Virus record (IMG/VR): IMGVR_UViG_3300013126_000019
Coordinates: 1 to 64,000 of that record
Reading direction: 5' to 3' (one strand)
Length of the DNA stretch: 64,000 nucleotides
Source: a virus
In this document: positions 9,501 to 18,738 of the stretch, piece after piece
How the letters are laid out: each line of letters opens with the position of its first letter
Numbering within the stretch: position 1 is the stretch's first letter
The notes under the pieces: model-generated
Database searches by the model: none
The model's input: the letters and a program-made list of their open reading frames with translations, nothing else
Told to the model about the DNA's origin: nothing
Made by a program: the position numbers and the translations under genes

Positions 9501-12500
9501 ATTGGTTGGTTTACAAAAGCTGCAATATCTTCTTGTGATACACCGGCCTCTAATAATGTTGTCATTACAGGAGCTACTATCTTAACACCGTTAAGGTAGA
9601 ATATCCATGCATCTTTCTCCACGTCTACCCAACCATTAAGTAACTCTTCAAGCTGGTTAGCAATTTTCTTATAGCTGTTTGCTGAATAGTTTGATGCTAG
9701 TGATATGTAAGGCACCTCATTAATGAATATAGTATTATGAGCAAACTTAATACTAACATCTTTAGTATATTTATTTCTGCCGGTTTGGTATGTCATCTTT
9801 AATGCAAGGTTTGCTGCATTAAACAACGGGTTATACTTAATACCAACAGCACCAATACCTAGGGATTTAAAACCTACACTATTTTCACTAAGTTTCTTAA
9901 TGTTATATAAAGGCTCAAAAATAGCAGTAGGATTAATACTGCTACCCAAGCTACCGTCTTGATTTCTTTTAGGACTATACGGTGTTTCTGATTCTAATTG
10001 TTTTGCAGCTTTATCAGCCAGGGATTTAGCATTTACAATAGTTACAGGTCTTACAAAATCTGATAGAGTCATATTATACTTTATCATATTTTTCATACTA
10101 CTAAGCACCTTATTTTGAGACCCTCTGGTTCCTAAAGTTGATAACTTAACCTTATTATCTAATGCTTTGGAACCAATATCATAGATGTTTCTATCTTCTT
10201 CTGATAAAGAATCTACACCATCTTCTTCTGCTAAATCAAAAATTCTATTAAGATTTTTAACAGATAAGTTAAGTTCTGAATAAATATCAGCTATGGGTTT
10301 AAGAAATTCATTAGTAAAATTTCTTTTAAATGATAAATTTGGAAAGTAACTAACCTGTTTATCATTGTCAAAGTCAGTACCTGACTTACCAACAAGCTCC
10401 ATTGGTCCAACAAAAATTGGCCCTGCACTCTCTTCTAGAAATTCATATACCTGGCTATACTCAATAAAGTTTTCTTTAGCTGTAGGGATACGCACAGAAA
10501 CAAAGCTTATAAGATCTTTATTTTTAACTGTATCATCCATACGCTGATTAAGCCATTCTTCATTGCGGATTAATCTGTTTAATGCCTGAAGCGGTGTAAT
10601 ATTTTCTTGTAATGCAAGATCTTGAACTGCTGTAGTTTTTAATAAAGGTTTAAACTCTTTACGCATTGCAATCTTTACACCCTGAGGTACAATGTATCCA
10701 TCAGAGTCTGTGGTATATGATGGCAAATCCCCAGAGCCTAGTTCTTTCATTACACGGGCCATGTCTAACTTACCATCAGCATCTTTGTACTTATCAAGAA
10801 TTTCCTGATATTCTTTAGACATAAAACCAGAATTACTTACTTGAACAAGTTGGTCACCTGTAATCTTAGGTTTCACAATTGTCTTGTTTATAATACTAGT
10901 TAATAGTTTCTCAATTTCATCAGCACCAAAAGTTAAACTAAGATCCGTAGATATCTTTCCGGTAGCAGGATCAAATGATATATTATCAATTACGTGAGAC
11001 GGCATGTTGAGAACAGCAAGCTGCTCCTTAAGGTATCTAACAAGTTCTTCTATATTCTTAGCTCTATTACCTTTTTTATCAGATTGACCAAATTTCTTAT
11101 AGGTCTTTTCTGTATTAGCTAATGTAAGATCTAATAAAGCCTGTTTGTATTCTTGATATGCTTTATATTTAGGGTAGTATAGTTTGTCTGAATCAGACAA
11201 TTTTTCCCAAGCTTTAATACGCTCACCTGCTGGTAAGTCAGATTCATAGTCTGCGGGTACGCCGAACTCATTAAAGTTATTAGTAATAATAGATCTAAGC
11301 TGCGTAGCTAAGTTTGTAGATTCTTTATACTCATCTTTGTTTTCAGCTTGTTTTTTAAAGTACCCAAGATGAATAACATTCATATCAAACTTATATCCGG
11401 GGTCATTTAAAACTGTAGTTCTATCTTGCACACTTTTCCATAATGGGGAACTTACACCTGCTAATTTACTACCACTCTCATATGTAGCAAAGTCACCACC
11501 TTTCTCAACTAATTTGTTATGGATATCTTCTAAAAAGGTATTCTGAACAACATTAGGTATAAGTGGAAATAATGAGAACTTAATAAGTCCTACAACAGGT
11601 AAGCCCTCATTCATATAAGGGCCTGTATATTGCATTTTTAATACAGGAAATATCTTAGTAAGATTTGAGTTAGAAAGCGTTATGTTTTCCTTTTTTAAAA
11701 TCTTTTGGTATAGCTCTTCTTGCTGTGGGTTCCAAGCCCCCATCGCATCTGATAAAAATCTATAAAAGTCAAACGCTCCCCATCCTTGACCATCACCCTC
11801 TTTCATGGCTTCATATGCTTCATTCATCATCTCAGAAACATCATCAGCTACTTTCTTTTCTAGTGATGACTGCATTTCAGGAGACGCCTCTTTGTACATT
11901 TCTGTTCTTTTAAGTGCTTCTAAATCAGCATCTTGCACAGCCTTTGTCCAAGTATCTAAGTAAACAGATTTTCTAACAGCCTCCTTAAATATAACAACGT
12001 TTGCTGTTTCACCAAAAGCTTTTTTCATATCAGGTTTGACTCCTGTAAACCAAGGTGAGTCTACATAAGGACTACCTAATATCTCATTAGCATAATTTAA
12101 TCTAGGTTTTGACAATATAGGAAATACTCCTGGTGATTGAAATGGTGCAATACGTTTTGAAAAGTCTTCTTTTTTATGATCATACTGCGCAGGATCACCA
12201 AATAGTAATACTGTCAACTCTAAATTATGGATCCATGCATTAACTACGTAAGATTGTATAATTGCTGCTGTTGCAACATTATCGGGAATAGCAAGTGTAA
12301 TTCCTTTCTTACTTGCTCTAGACCTTACAGTGTTAAATACATTCGCGTCAATATAAACATTTGCTTCTGGATAAAGTTTTTGTACAGAAGTAAGTGCGCC
12401 AATTGTATCATTTGCAATTTTACCAAAATACTCTAGGATATCTTTTGCAATTGCAGATCTTAAGTTTTGAATATTCTCTTCAGGTGTAAGTAAAATATCT

Positions 12501-15500
12501 TTTAATTTCTCATCCTGTGATTTATCTATTATACTACGTATAGCATCTTTTGTAGCATTAGATAATATTTTTGAGAATACCGAAAAGTCTTGCCCTATCT
12601 CTCCATATTTAACTTTACCTACAGGAGCATTTGCTGCAAAACTATCAGGGTTAGCCTTTAGCCATTTCATGCGCTCTACCTCGGCACTCAAATACTTAAT
12701 CATTTGATTAACAATCATTTGAGGAGCTGTAGCTTGAATTGCCCCAGGCATACTGATAAAGTCTTCAGGAGCTACATAGAAGTCACGAGCATTACTGTTT
12801 ACTAATAATGTAAATGGCTTACCTGCAGCGCGTGGTCCTTCAGTAGAACCGTTAAGCATAACTACATGTATATCTTGTACTAACTTTGAGTAATCATCTA
12901 AGTCAATATTAGCAAGACCATCACCAAGATCATTTACTAAAAAGCTAGTACCTGATAAGTTACCTAAATCTATTTGTGCGTTTTTGTATCCAAATGCATC
13001 TTTTTTTCTAGAGCCGTCACCCTTAAGGTCATACATGTCATTCATCAAGTAGCTATCCTCAATCCAAGGATTAACTTTCATGTCATAATGTTTAAACCTT
13101 GCATCAGCAATCATTTCTGCATATGTAGCATATTGATTTAAACCTCTAAGCTGCACAGTTACAGTACTATTTCTTGTAAACTCATACTGAGCATTTCCAT
13201 CTGGACGTAAAGCCATGAAGTCAGATCTGTCATCCGCATACTTAAGATGTAAACTCTGTAATGTTTTATATATAGTAGCAAGGTTAGGAAACTTAAGTGT
13301 CTCTCCGTCCTTCTCAAGGTCTTTTCTATCAATGACAATATCTCTAATAGATCTTACTTCATATCCTGCAGCATCAATAGCTATTAGTTTTTTAATCCAG
13401 TCTTGTACACGGCCTGATCCTTTCTTGGTCGGCCCTGTTAAAATTGCTTTAAGTACCTCAGGTTTATTAACTAATTTAATACCTATAGCTTTAAAGAAGT
13501 CTAATTCTCTACCTGCATAGTTTACTCGGAATGCATCAAGAACTTTTTTTACATCCAGCTTGTTACCAGTCTCATCATAAATCATGTAAGGGTTTAGAGT
13601 ATTTAACTGGAAGTCTTCTTCCCACTCAACTGCTGCTGATTTTGAACTACTTGATGTAACACCAAATGTAGCAGATGCAGACTTGGTACCATCTGATGCT
13701 CTTGTCTCTTCAACAAGTAACTGCTTTAAACTAATTCTAGTAAAGTTAAAGTCTTTAACAAAGTTACCCCATACACCAGATGTCCACGCATCCATTGTAT
13801 TCTCATTACCAAGTTTCTCTAACAACTGATAAATCCAAGGATAATCCTTTGCCTCAGCTGCTAGCTTTGCTTTAAATACCTGCTCATCAGGATCCGTGTT
13901 ATCTAATAATTGTGATAGACGGTTCCATACTACATCAAAGTCTACAAGTTTCTTAAAACCAAATACATCTTTCTCAAAATCATATTTAAGCTCACCTGTT
14001 TTGGTATCAAGTATAGGTTCTGCATAACCGCCTTTTGGATTCAGCTTAGGTAAATGAAGACTCTCAACAAGAGCAAGTGTTTGCTTACTTGCCATTTCTG
14101 TCATAGCATTCTCATTACCGGTAAGATCATAACCTTTTGATTGCTCAGCTACATATACAGTCTCATCAAAGTCCTCATCAAGCTCAAGCTTCTTAAGGTG
14201 TAATATAGGATATCCATTATCCTCAAAGAATTTAACAAACCCAAATGTATTTTTAGGAGTACCAGGATCCCCAAAGTTATCAAGTGTTGTTTTTAAAACA
14301 CGAATTTGGTACTCAAGTGTTGCCTTATTGCTAATATACTCATTGTACTGAGGTGTGTCTTCAGCAGGTTGCGTTTGAACTAATGATTTATAATCCTGAA
14401 CAATAGCAGCTAATCTATTAGCAAAAGATCTTTGGATGTACTGATAAGCTAAAGTTCTATTACTAGGCTTTACTAATAACTGAGTTGTATATTCAGCAGT
14501 ACCTTGACTTGCGTTTAATCTATCAGCAAGCTCGGATATAATTGAACTAGCTGCAGAATTTATTTGCTCAGACTCAGTTTTGGATAATGCGTCCATACCA
14601 TCTTTTGAAACAATGGTTTTTTCCAAGTACTGGTCTATAATATTATCATCGCTTGGTATATACTCATCTATATTACCAAGTGCAAGTTTTTGGAAGATCT
14701 CATTAATAAGAGGTAATGACGTATTATATGTTGTTGCTGCACGTAATGTGCTGTCTTTACCTGCAGATTTTCCAAACAAATTTTTAAGGAAGTTATATAT
14801 CTTCTTAAAGATATTATCAGCTTTACGACGACCTACCTCAACTTTTGCATTTTTAATCATGTAGTCGCGGAATTCCTCAGCTAGATACTCATCTAATTCT
14901 CTATTTGTTGCATCTTTAAATGCTTTGGTTTGACCTTTAAATGTTGTAAAGGTTTTGTCTCCATTTATATTACGGAGCTCATCCCAAAGATCTTCTTTTT
15001 GTTTTTTAGTAAGGAACTTCTGGGTAAACCCGTGGTATGCCTCGTGGAATAAATCTGTGTAGTCAGATCCGGCGTATAAGTTTATAGCGTCCTTAACCCA
15101 TGTAGCAACAGCATTACTGTTAACCACATTAAATAATACATTAAGTGAGAATGACTGATCTAACTTAGTGGTTTTATACCACTCTTGTGTAAGATCGAGA
15201 ACTTCTCTAAGCTCTTCATCTGAAGCAAACTCATTTTTATTTAATGACTTCTGTGCTAGTGTTTTAGATAATCCTTTGTTATTCTTGATCTTATTAAAGA
15301 TGTCATCAAGATCGTTTATAGGAATATCTGCCGGACTAGAAAAATCAGGTAGTGTATTTAAATCAATTGTAGGAGTTACCGGCACCTCTTTAGGAGGAGA
15401 TATTTTATCCCTACTTTCTTGAATATTCTTAAGACTAAATGTTAGATAAGGGTTTTCACCTCTAAGTCTACCATTAGCATCTAAGTCTGCTTCAATTGTA

Positions 15501-17233
15501 AAGTTATCAAAGATAAAATCCATGTAAGTTTTACCAGTTGGTACCATCTTAAACATACCATTTTCTGCTGGCTCTAATGTAAAGTCATTAAATGCCTGAG
15601 AATCATTTAAGTACTTCTTACTAATATTAAGAATTTTATTACCTTGTTTTACTCCTGACTTAGTTTCACGGTCTTGTTTTTCCGTAAGATACTTTCTAAT
15701 CATATCTTTAGCCGTAGCTTTATCTACTTGCTGACCTGATATGTTTGTACCTAAACTTACAAGAAACTTGTCATCATCAACTTTAGATATTGCAAAATCT
15801 GATTTACTCTTATATAAATACTGATCAATAATGTTTGACTTATTGAAGTTACTCATAACCTTTTTACCAGGATCTTCAGAGTCATAGACATCCTCAGTAA
15901 GAAAATCTGTTATAAGATCTACGTATTTGTCAGGAACTCCGTAACTATATATGCCTACAGGTGGTTGACTACCTATCTTTAATACGGCATGTGATTTCTG
16001 ATACTGCCCTAAAGCTTCGGTTAACTCAACTCTTACATTTTGTCCTGAAGTATTTATTGCTCTTAACGGTGTAGCCTTAAAGAATTTTGAGTCAATAAAC
16101 CCATTTGAAAAACCATTAATCTCACTTACTACAAAACCTTCACTATTTTTCTTAAGGTATTCTACAGTTTTGTTTTTTACATCAAGTTGAGCAGCATATC
16201 TTTTTCTAAATAATGCCTCTTCAACAGCAAGGTCCTGATCTGTAACTTGTTGACCTTGAGACTCTTTGGTAAATATATAATTTTTAAGGTAGCTTTTTAC
16301 AGCATCATTAATTGTTTGAATACTAGCATCTTCTTTTCTAAATCTAAAGTATATCATCTTACCATCTTTTTCAGATGTGATATTATAGTTTTGATCAAAG
16401 TATATAGGGTTACCATTTCTGTCAGTAATTACCTGCACAAGATCATATATGTCCTTCATCATTTTAGTAGTGAAGCTCTCATATACTTGATTTTTAGGAA
16501 TAGAATCTAGTGTTTTTGCAGTTATATAAATAGGGATACCTGTTCCAGGTAATAACACACGTCCTCCGGTTGCAGATGCTGTATCAATAGCACCGCTAAT
16601 GTGTCTGATAAATTCAGCATAATATTGGGTCTCCGGCCTTAGTTCTTTCTTAGGTGTAATACCACGTTCTTTAGCTTGTTTTTGTGAAACTACATTACCA
16701 TCATTATCAACTAGCTGGTATGTAACCATTGTTGTAGAAGATATGCTATACGGTTTTGCCTCAAACTCTTCACTTTTAAGTTTTTGAACTCTTGGGTTTT
16801 CTAGCTGAGATCCCCCATAAAGAACTTTGTCTTTAAGGTCTTGAGCAATTTCTGCTTGTTTTTTTCCTAGGCCTAATAAGTCTGAGACGGCTTGCTCAAC
16901 AGCTTCCATATCTGTTTGACCATCAATAGGAGTAATGTTCTCAAATTGATTTGCCAATCTAACAAGATCTAATACATTAAGACCATTATTAGAAAGGTAC
17001 ATTAATAGCGGTACATCAGCACCTGTAGCAATGATTGTTCTAGGTAGATTTTTTATTACATCTACGGCAAGCCCTTGGCGGCTGGTGTCATCACCAACCT
17101 CTTCTTGGACTTTGTCATACATCATTTTAATAAAATCATTGAGGTTAAACTTTTGGCTGTTCCTCATAATCTTATGAAGTTCTGCTAATACTCCCTCAAA
17201 AAATTCTTGACCGCTATTTATAGGACAACTCAT
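6557..17233 (-). CDS. virion-packaged single-chain RNA polymerase (crAss-like, phi14:2 gp66-type) with zincin-like and accessory domains
   Basis: 3558 aa; catalytic GTDFDNDK (DFDND 10361-10375) preceded by SVRIPT (10481-10498); beta-like motifs EGDGQGW (~11780-11800), KFSLFPLIP and YESGSK; HEAYH zincin (15032-15046). Confidence 0.88.
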   Translation of the reverse strand: MSCPINSGQEFFEGVLAELHKIMRNSQKFNLNDFIKMMYDKVQEEVGDDTSRQGLAVDVIKNLPRTIIATGADVPLLMYLSNNGLNVLDLVRLANQFENITPIDGQTDMEAVEQAVSDLLGLGKKQAEIAQDLKDKVLYGGSQLENPRVQKLKSEEFEAKPYSISSTTMVTYQLVDNDGNVVSQKQAKERGITPKKELRPETQYYAEFIRHISGAIDTASATGGRVLLPGTGIPIYITAKTLDSIPKNQVYESFTTKMMKDIYDLVQVITDRNGNPIYFDQNYNITSEKDGKMIYFRFRKEDASIQTINDAVKSYLKNYIFTKESQGQQVTDQDLAVEEALFRKRYAAQLDVKNKTVEYLKKNSEGFVVSEINGFSNGFIDSKFFKATPLRAINTSGQNVRVELTEALGQYQKSHAVLKIGSQPPVGIYSYGVPDKYVDLITDFLTEDVYDSEDPGKKVMSNFNKSNIIDQYLYKSKSDFAISKVDDDKFLVSLGTNISGQQVDKATAKDMIRKYLTEKQDRETKSGVKQGNKILNISKKYLNDSQAFNDFTLEPAENGMFKMVPTGKTYMDFIFDNFTIEADLDANGRLRGENPYLTFSLKNIQESRDKISPPKEVPVTPTIDLNTLPDFSSPADIPINDLDDIFNKIKNNKGLSKTLAQKSLNKNEFASDEELREVLDLTQEWYKTTKLDQSFSLNVLFNVVNSNAVATWVKDAINLYAGSDYTDLFHEAYHGFTQKFLTKKQKEDLWDELRNINGDKTFTTFKGQTKAFKDATNRELDEYLAEEFRDYMIKNAKVEVGRRKADNIFKKIYNFLKNLFGKSAGKDSTLRAATTYNTSLPLINEIFQKLALGNIDEYIPSDDNIIDQYLEKTIVSKDGMDALSKTESEQINSAASSIISELADRLNASQGTAEYTTQLLVKPSNRTLAYQYIQRSFANRLAAIVQDYKSLVQTQPAEDTPQYNEYISNKATLEYQIRVLKTTLDNFGDPGTPKNTFGFVKFFEDNGYPILHLKKLELDEDFDETVYVAEQSKGYDLTGNENAMTEMASKQTLALVESLHLPKLNPKGGYAEPILDTKTGELKYDFEKDVFGFKKLVDFDVVWNRLSQLLDNTDPDEQVFKAKLAAEAKDYPWIYQLLEKLGNENTMDAWTSGVWGNFVKDFNFTRISLKQLLVEETRASDGTKSASATFGVTSSSSKSAAVEWEEDFQLNTLNPYMIYDETGNKLDVKKVLDAFRVNYAGRELDFFKAIGIKLVNKPEVLKAILTGPTKKGSGRVQDWIKKLIAIDAAGYEVRSIRDIVIDRKDLEKDGETLKFPNLATIYKTLQSLHLKYADDRSDFMALRPDGNAQYEFTRNSTVTVQLRGLNQYATYAEMIADARFKHYDMKVNPWIEDSYLMNDMYDLKGDGSRKKDAFGYKNAQIDLGNLSGTSFLVNDLGDGLANIDLDDYSKLVQDIHVVMLNGSTEGPRAAGKPFTLLVNSNARDFYVAPEDFISMPGAIQATAPQMIVNQMIKYLSAEVERMKWLKANPDSFAANAPVGKVKYGEIGQDFSVFSKILSNATKDAIRSIIDKSQDEKLKDILLTPEENIQNLRSAIAKDILEYFGKIANDTIGALTSVQKLYPEANVYIDANVFNTVRSRASKKGITLAIPDNVATAAIIQSYVVNAWIHNLELTVLLFGDPAQYDHKKEDFSKRIAPFQSPGVFPILSKPRLNYANEILGSPYVDSPWFTGVKPDMKKAFGETANVVIFKEAVRKSVYLDTWTKAVQDADLEALKRTEMYKEASPEMQSSLEKKVADDVSEMMNEAYEAMKEGDGQGWGAFDFYRFLSDAMGAWNPQQEELYQKILKKENITLSNSNLTKIFPVLKMQYTGPYMNEGLPVVGLIKFSLFPLIPNVVQNTFLEDIHNKLVEKGGDFATYESGSKLAGVSSPLWKSVQDRTTVLNDPGYKFDMNVIHLGYFKKQAENKDEYKESTNLATQLRSIITNNFNEFGVPADYESDLPAGERIKAWEKLSDSDKLYYPKYKAYQEYKQALLDLTLANTEKTYKKFGQSDKKGNRAKNIEELVRYLKEQLAVLNMPSHVIDNISFDPATGKISTDLSLTFGADEIEKLLTSIINKTIVKPKITGDQLVQVSNSGFMSKEYQEILDKYKDADGKLDMARVMKELGSGDLPSYTTDSDGYIVPQGVKIAMRKEFKPLLKTTAVQDLALQENITPLQALNRLIRNEEWLNQRMDDTVKNKDLISFVSVRIPTAKENFIEYSQVYEFLEESAGPIFVGPMELVGKSGTDFDNDKQVSYFPNLSFKRNFTNEFLKPIADIYSELNLSVKNLNRIFDLAEEDGVDSLSEEDRNIYDIGSKALDNKVKLSTLGTRGSQNKVLSSMKNMIKYNMTLSDFVRPVTIVNAKSLADKAAKQLESETPYSPKRNQDGSLGSSINPTAIFEPLYNIKKLSENSVGFKSLGIGAVGIKYNPLFNAANLALKMTYQTGRNKYTKDVSIKFAHNTIFINEVPYISLASNYSANSYKKIANQLEELLNGWVDVEKDAWIFYLNGVKIVAPVMTTLLEAGVSQEDIAAFVNQPIVRDYVRRQALLASPFAKILNIAPENPNYAQGKARADIVKALGNVTDEDGTHYYETSKWFSEGLAKSVGLKLLDENETRTAKFQFNQNLEAAIQKFYNEFEEANGYELTQFNLFNAGILNPNVGKPAGNYSDLDIAVLFEYFKAEDLSKAPKDIKQNINFDTKKETTIFDMVQKDAASKLLISDPRFYGPSVEKLFSDSVISMFNVADVAKDLLGDNLFALREKEEVNDFIKQNIQNIAAISNKSFAGDLSGTIKEFKNGFVQFLLQNYINEVNIDKLKSFSGLIVKDEIPVEDAPALRSFGAFVQNGILYVNRDAIKKNYTNLLTGDLSNQTVGTAPVTPFMFSSLKEYANFVLTREVLRDTLDIETVMASPEFADSKKIIIDMRSKQGTLASLPIAVKTITSGIDTEFDQLVLDIAQDLGLETKGYTKKVVTQDTINKEYQQIIRDKYGVLEASSEKAMYSEILNLESSDGTVVIGNANSTSVKILEDVAKRRNIPFIVNPSAFALRKFLSENNIRNLNISNNVATISEKNKEIYKQILSIALKPIKDSAGGTVLRQAYEMVLRDKALDAVYNSYKIFRGSPENGPSYAERVYDLKNKYPGIDEAYPLLGTSGLRIAYQKGNKTGIKTLKLATKRPSSNYIERLREDYEALSNPAKNMFNISYSDKEEIAKLMSMLPMVISLSTGISAKGEHALWKVVPDNSILALKKEAVKTATKEGKIPNNVLSAYLIGFASQNAISNFTLRNRYKNYIAPDVFTKMGLEKPTGLLDDESAVSSGGAITFSTNSSGNRVYTIKNTKPADIEKLVKIQPGTVFLFNGTTNPDYKLANIGNTVGVMNHLAVKYPNVLPIRTFGNMYSAADSLSDATYEANVQMINEDIARIEEYLRTIPGNTSVIMPELGLGQGMLGASDFRKIPPNALMAKAPKTFLYLSQQLLGHFGIDNINSDSEVVTQEAGPADATFVTDAMVLEVINQRLCFKQ

Positions 17234-18738
17234 TACTTACACTTTAAGGCGTTTAAAAAATTCTGATCAAATTTAACAAAATTACCGTCACTATCCCTAA
17301 CATTACTTATTGATTCTGCTACTTTTTGTGGATCTTCAATATAACGCTCAATAACACTTTTGCTTATGTTAAAGCTTTCTTTAAAGTCAGCATCTAGCTT
17401 AAGAGAAACAGGCACATCATCTATCATGAGACCTTTAACATCATCTTTACTAATTTCAATAAGTTCTCCTTCTTTATTTAAGATAGTGAATTTATCAGTA
17501 TCCACCTTTCTTAAGTAGCCAATTTGTCCATCATTTGTAACAATAATATCATTTTTCTTAAACTGGATACGGCTTGTCTTACCTTCTAAAAGTTTATCCT
17601 GGGCTTCACTATAAGCATTACTTATAGATTCAATTGTAACACCTTTTGCATTAAAACCTGAAATATCTCTAATATAAGAGTCTACTACGGATTCAAAAGC
17701 TTGATTTAACTCCTCTACTTGAGTATACTCTAAAAACTTATCTTTAATTTTTTGGTTAATACCTTCCTTAATTGCAGATAGATTAAGGGATTCTTCTGGA
17801 CTTAAAGTTAGCTTAAGTGGTGTTTTTGAAACAGCTAGTTTATAATCTCCTGAAGATAATTGTCTTATTTCAATTTTACCAAAGCCCAGACCAGCCGTTG
17901 TATTAAACTGTCTTACCTCATTAGCAAGAGCTGTGTATTTATCAGAACCAATAAATTCTTGATCCGGTGTGGTAGTCTTACCAAAACTTTTATTAATGGC
18001 TTTAATAGCAGACTGAGCAGTCATGCCTACATAAATATTTGGCCTGTTAACAAGAAATCTTGCTCTGGCTTCTGCAGAGTTACGAATTTCATCTGTAGTA
18101 AGTTTAGGCAATTGTAATGGATTGAATTTGAATCCGTTAGCAGTCCCAAATAATATAGGTTCCCCGTTAGCATCTAAGGAATTAGAAAATTTATTATATC
18201 CAGATATAGCCGTATTGTCTAATACTACCAATACATTAGAGTCTATAGTGGGACCTGCATAAAAACCGCGGACTTTAGCCACTGCTGCAAAATCAAAGAA
18301 CTTTTTTGCTGTTACAGCTAAATTTGGATCATTGTAATCCAGTTTAAAGTTTTCTCCTCTATTTGCATTATTATAAAGTTTGACTAAGTTGGCAACACGT
18401 GAATCTGCAAAATCTAAAAAACCAATTCTTGTATCTACAAATCTAATGTTATCTAGAGTCTCTAGTCTAACGTCACTAGTCGGTTGCTGACTATACACTA
18501 TAGCTGTATCAGAAGAACTAATTGAGGGGTTATCATAAACTCTTTTTATAGCTTCCCAATTACCAAATTCTTTTATAAAAGTTTTAGTATAAGTCGCCGC
18601 CCATTTGCCTAATGCTTGTTTAGAATCATTATCAGAAATCTGCAATAACTTTTCATATAATGAAGAGTTTAAGCCATTAGGTGCTAGAACTTCACTAACA
18701 TTGCCAGCATCGTCATATATAATTGAACATTGAATCAT
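17233..18738 (-). CDS. putative virion cargo protein between two giant ejection genes
   Basis: 501 aa; N-terminal APNGxxSxLY...FxxxFGxW motif resembling N-termini of crAss-like giant proteins; TAATG overlaps at both ends; Cys only at residue 4 and the penultimate residue. Confidence 0.6.
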   Translation of the reverse strand: MIQCSIIYDDAGNVSEVLAPNGLNSSLYEKLLQISDNDSKQALGKWAATYTKTFIKEFGNWEAIKRVYDNPSISSSDTAIVYSQQPTSDVRLETLDNIRFVDTRIGFLDFADSRVANLVKLYNNANRGENFKLDYNDPNLAVTAKKFFDFAAVAKVRGFYAGPTIDSNVLVVLDNTAISGYNKFSNSLDANGEPILFGTANGFKFNPLQLPKLTTDEIRNSAEARARFLVNRPNIYVGMTAQSAIKAINKSFGKTTTPDQEFIGSDKYTALANEVRQFNTTAGLGFGKIEIRQLSSGDYKLAVSKTPLKLTLSPEESLNLSAIKEGINQKIKDKFLEYTQVEELNQAFESVVDSYIRDISGFNAKGVTIESISNAYSEAQDKLLEGKTSRIQFKKNDIIVTNDGQIGYLRKVDTDKFTILNKEGELIEISKDDVKGLMIDDVPVSLKLDADFKESFNISKSVIERYIEDPQKVAESISNVRDSDGNFVKFDQNFLNALKCK

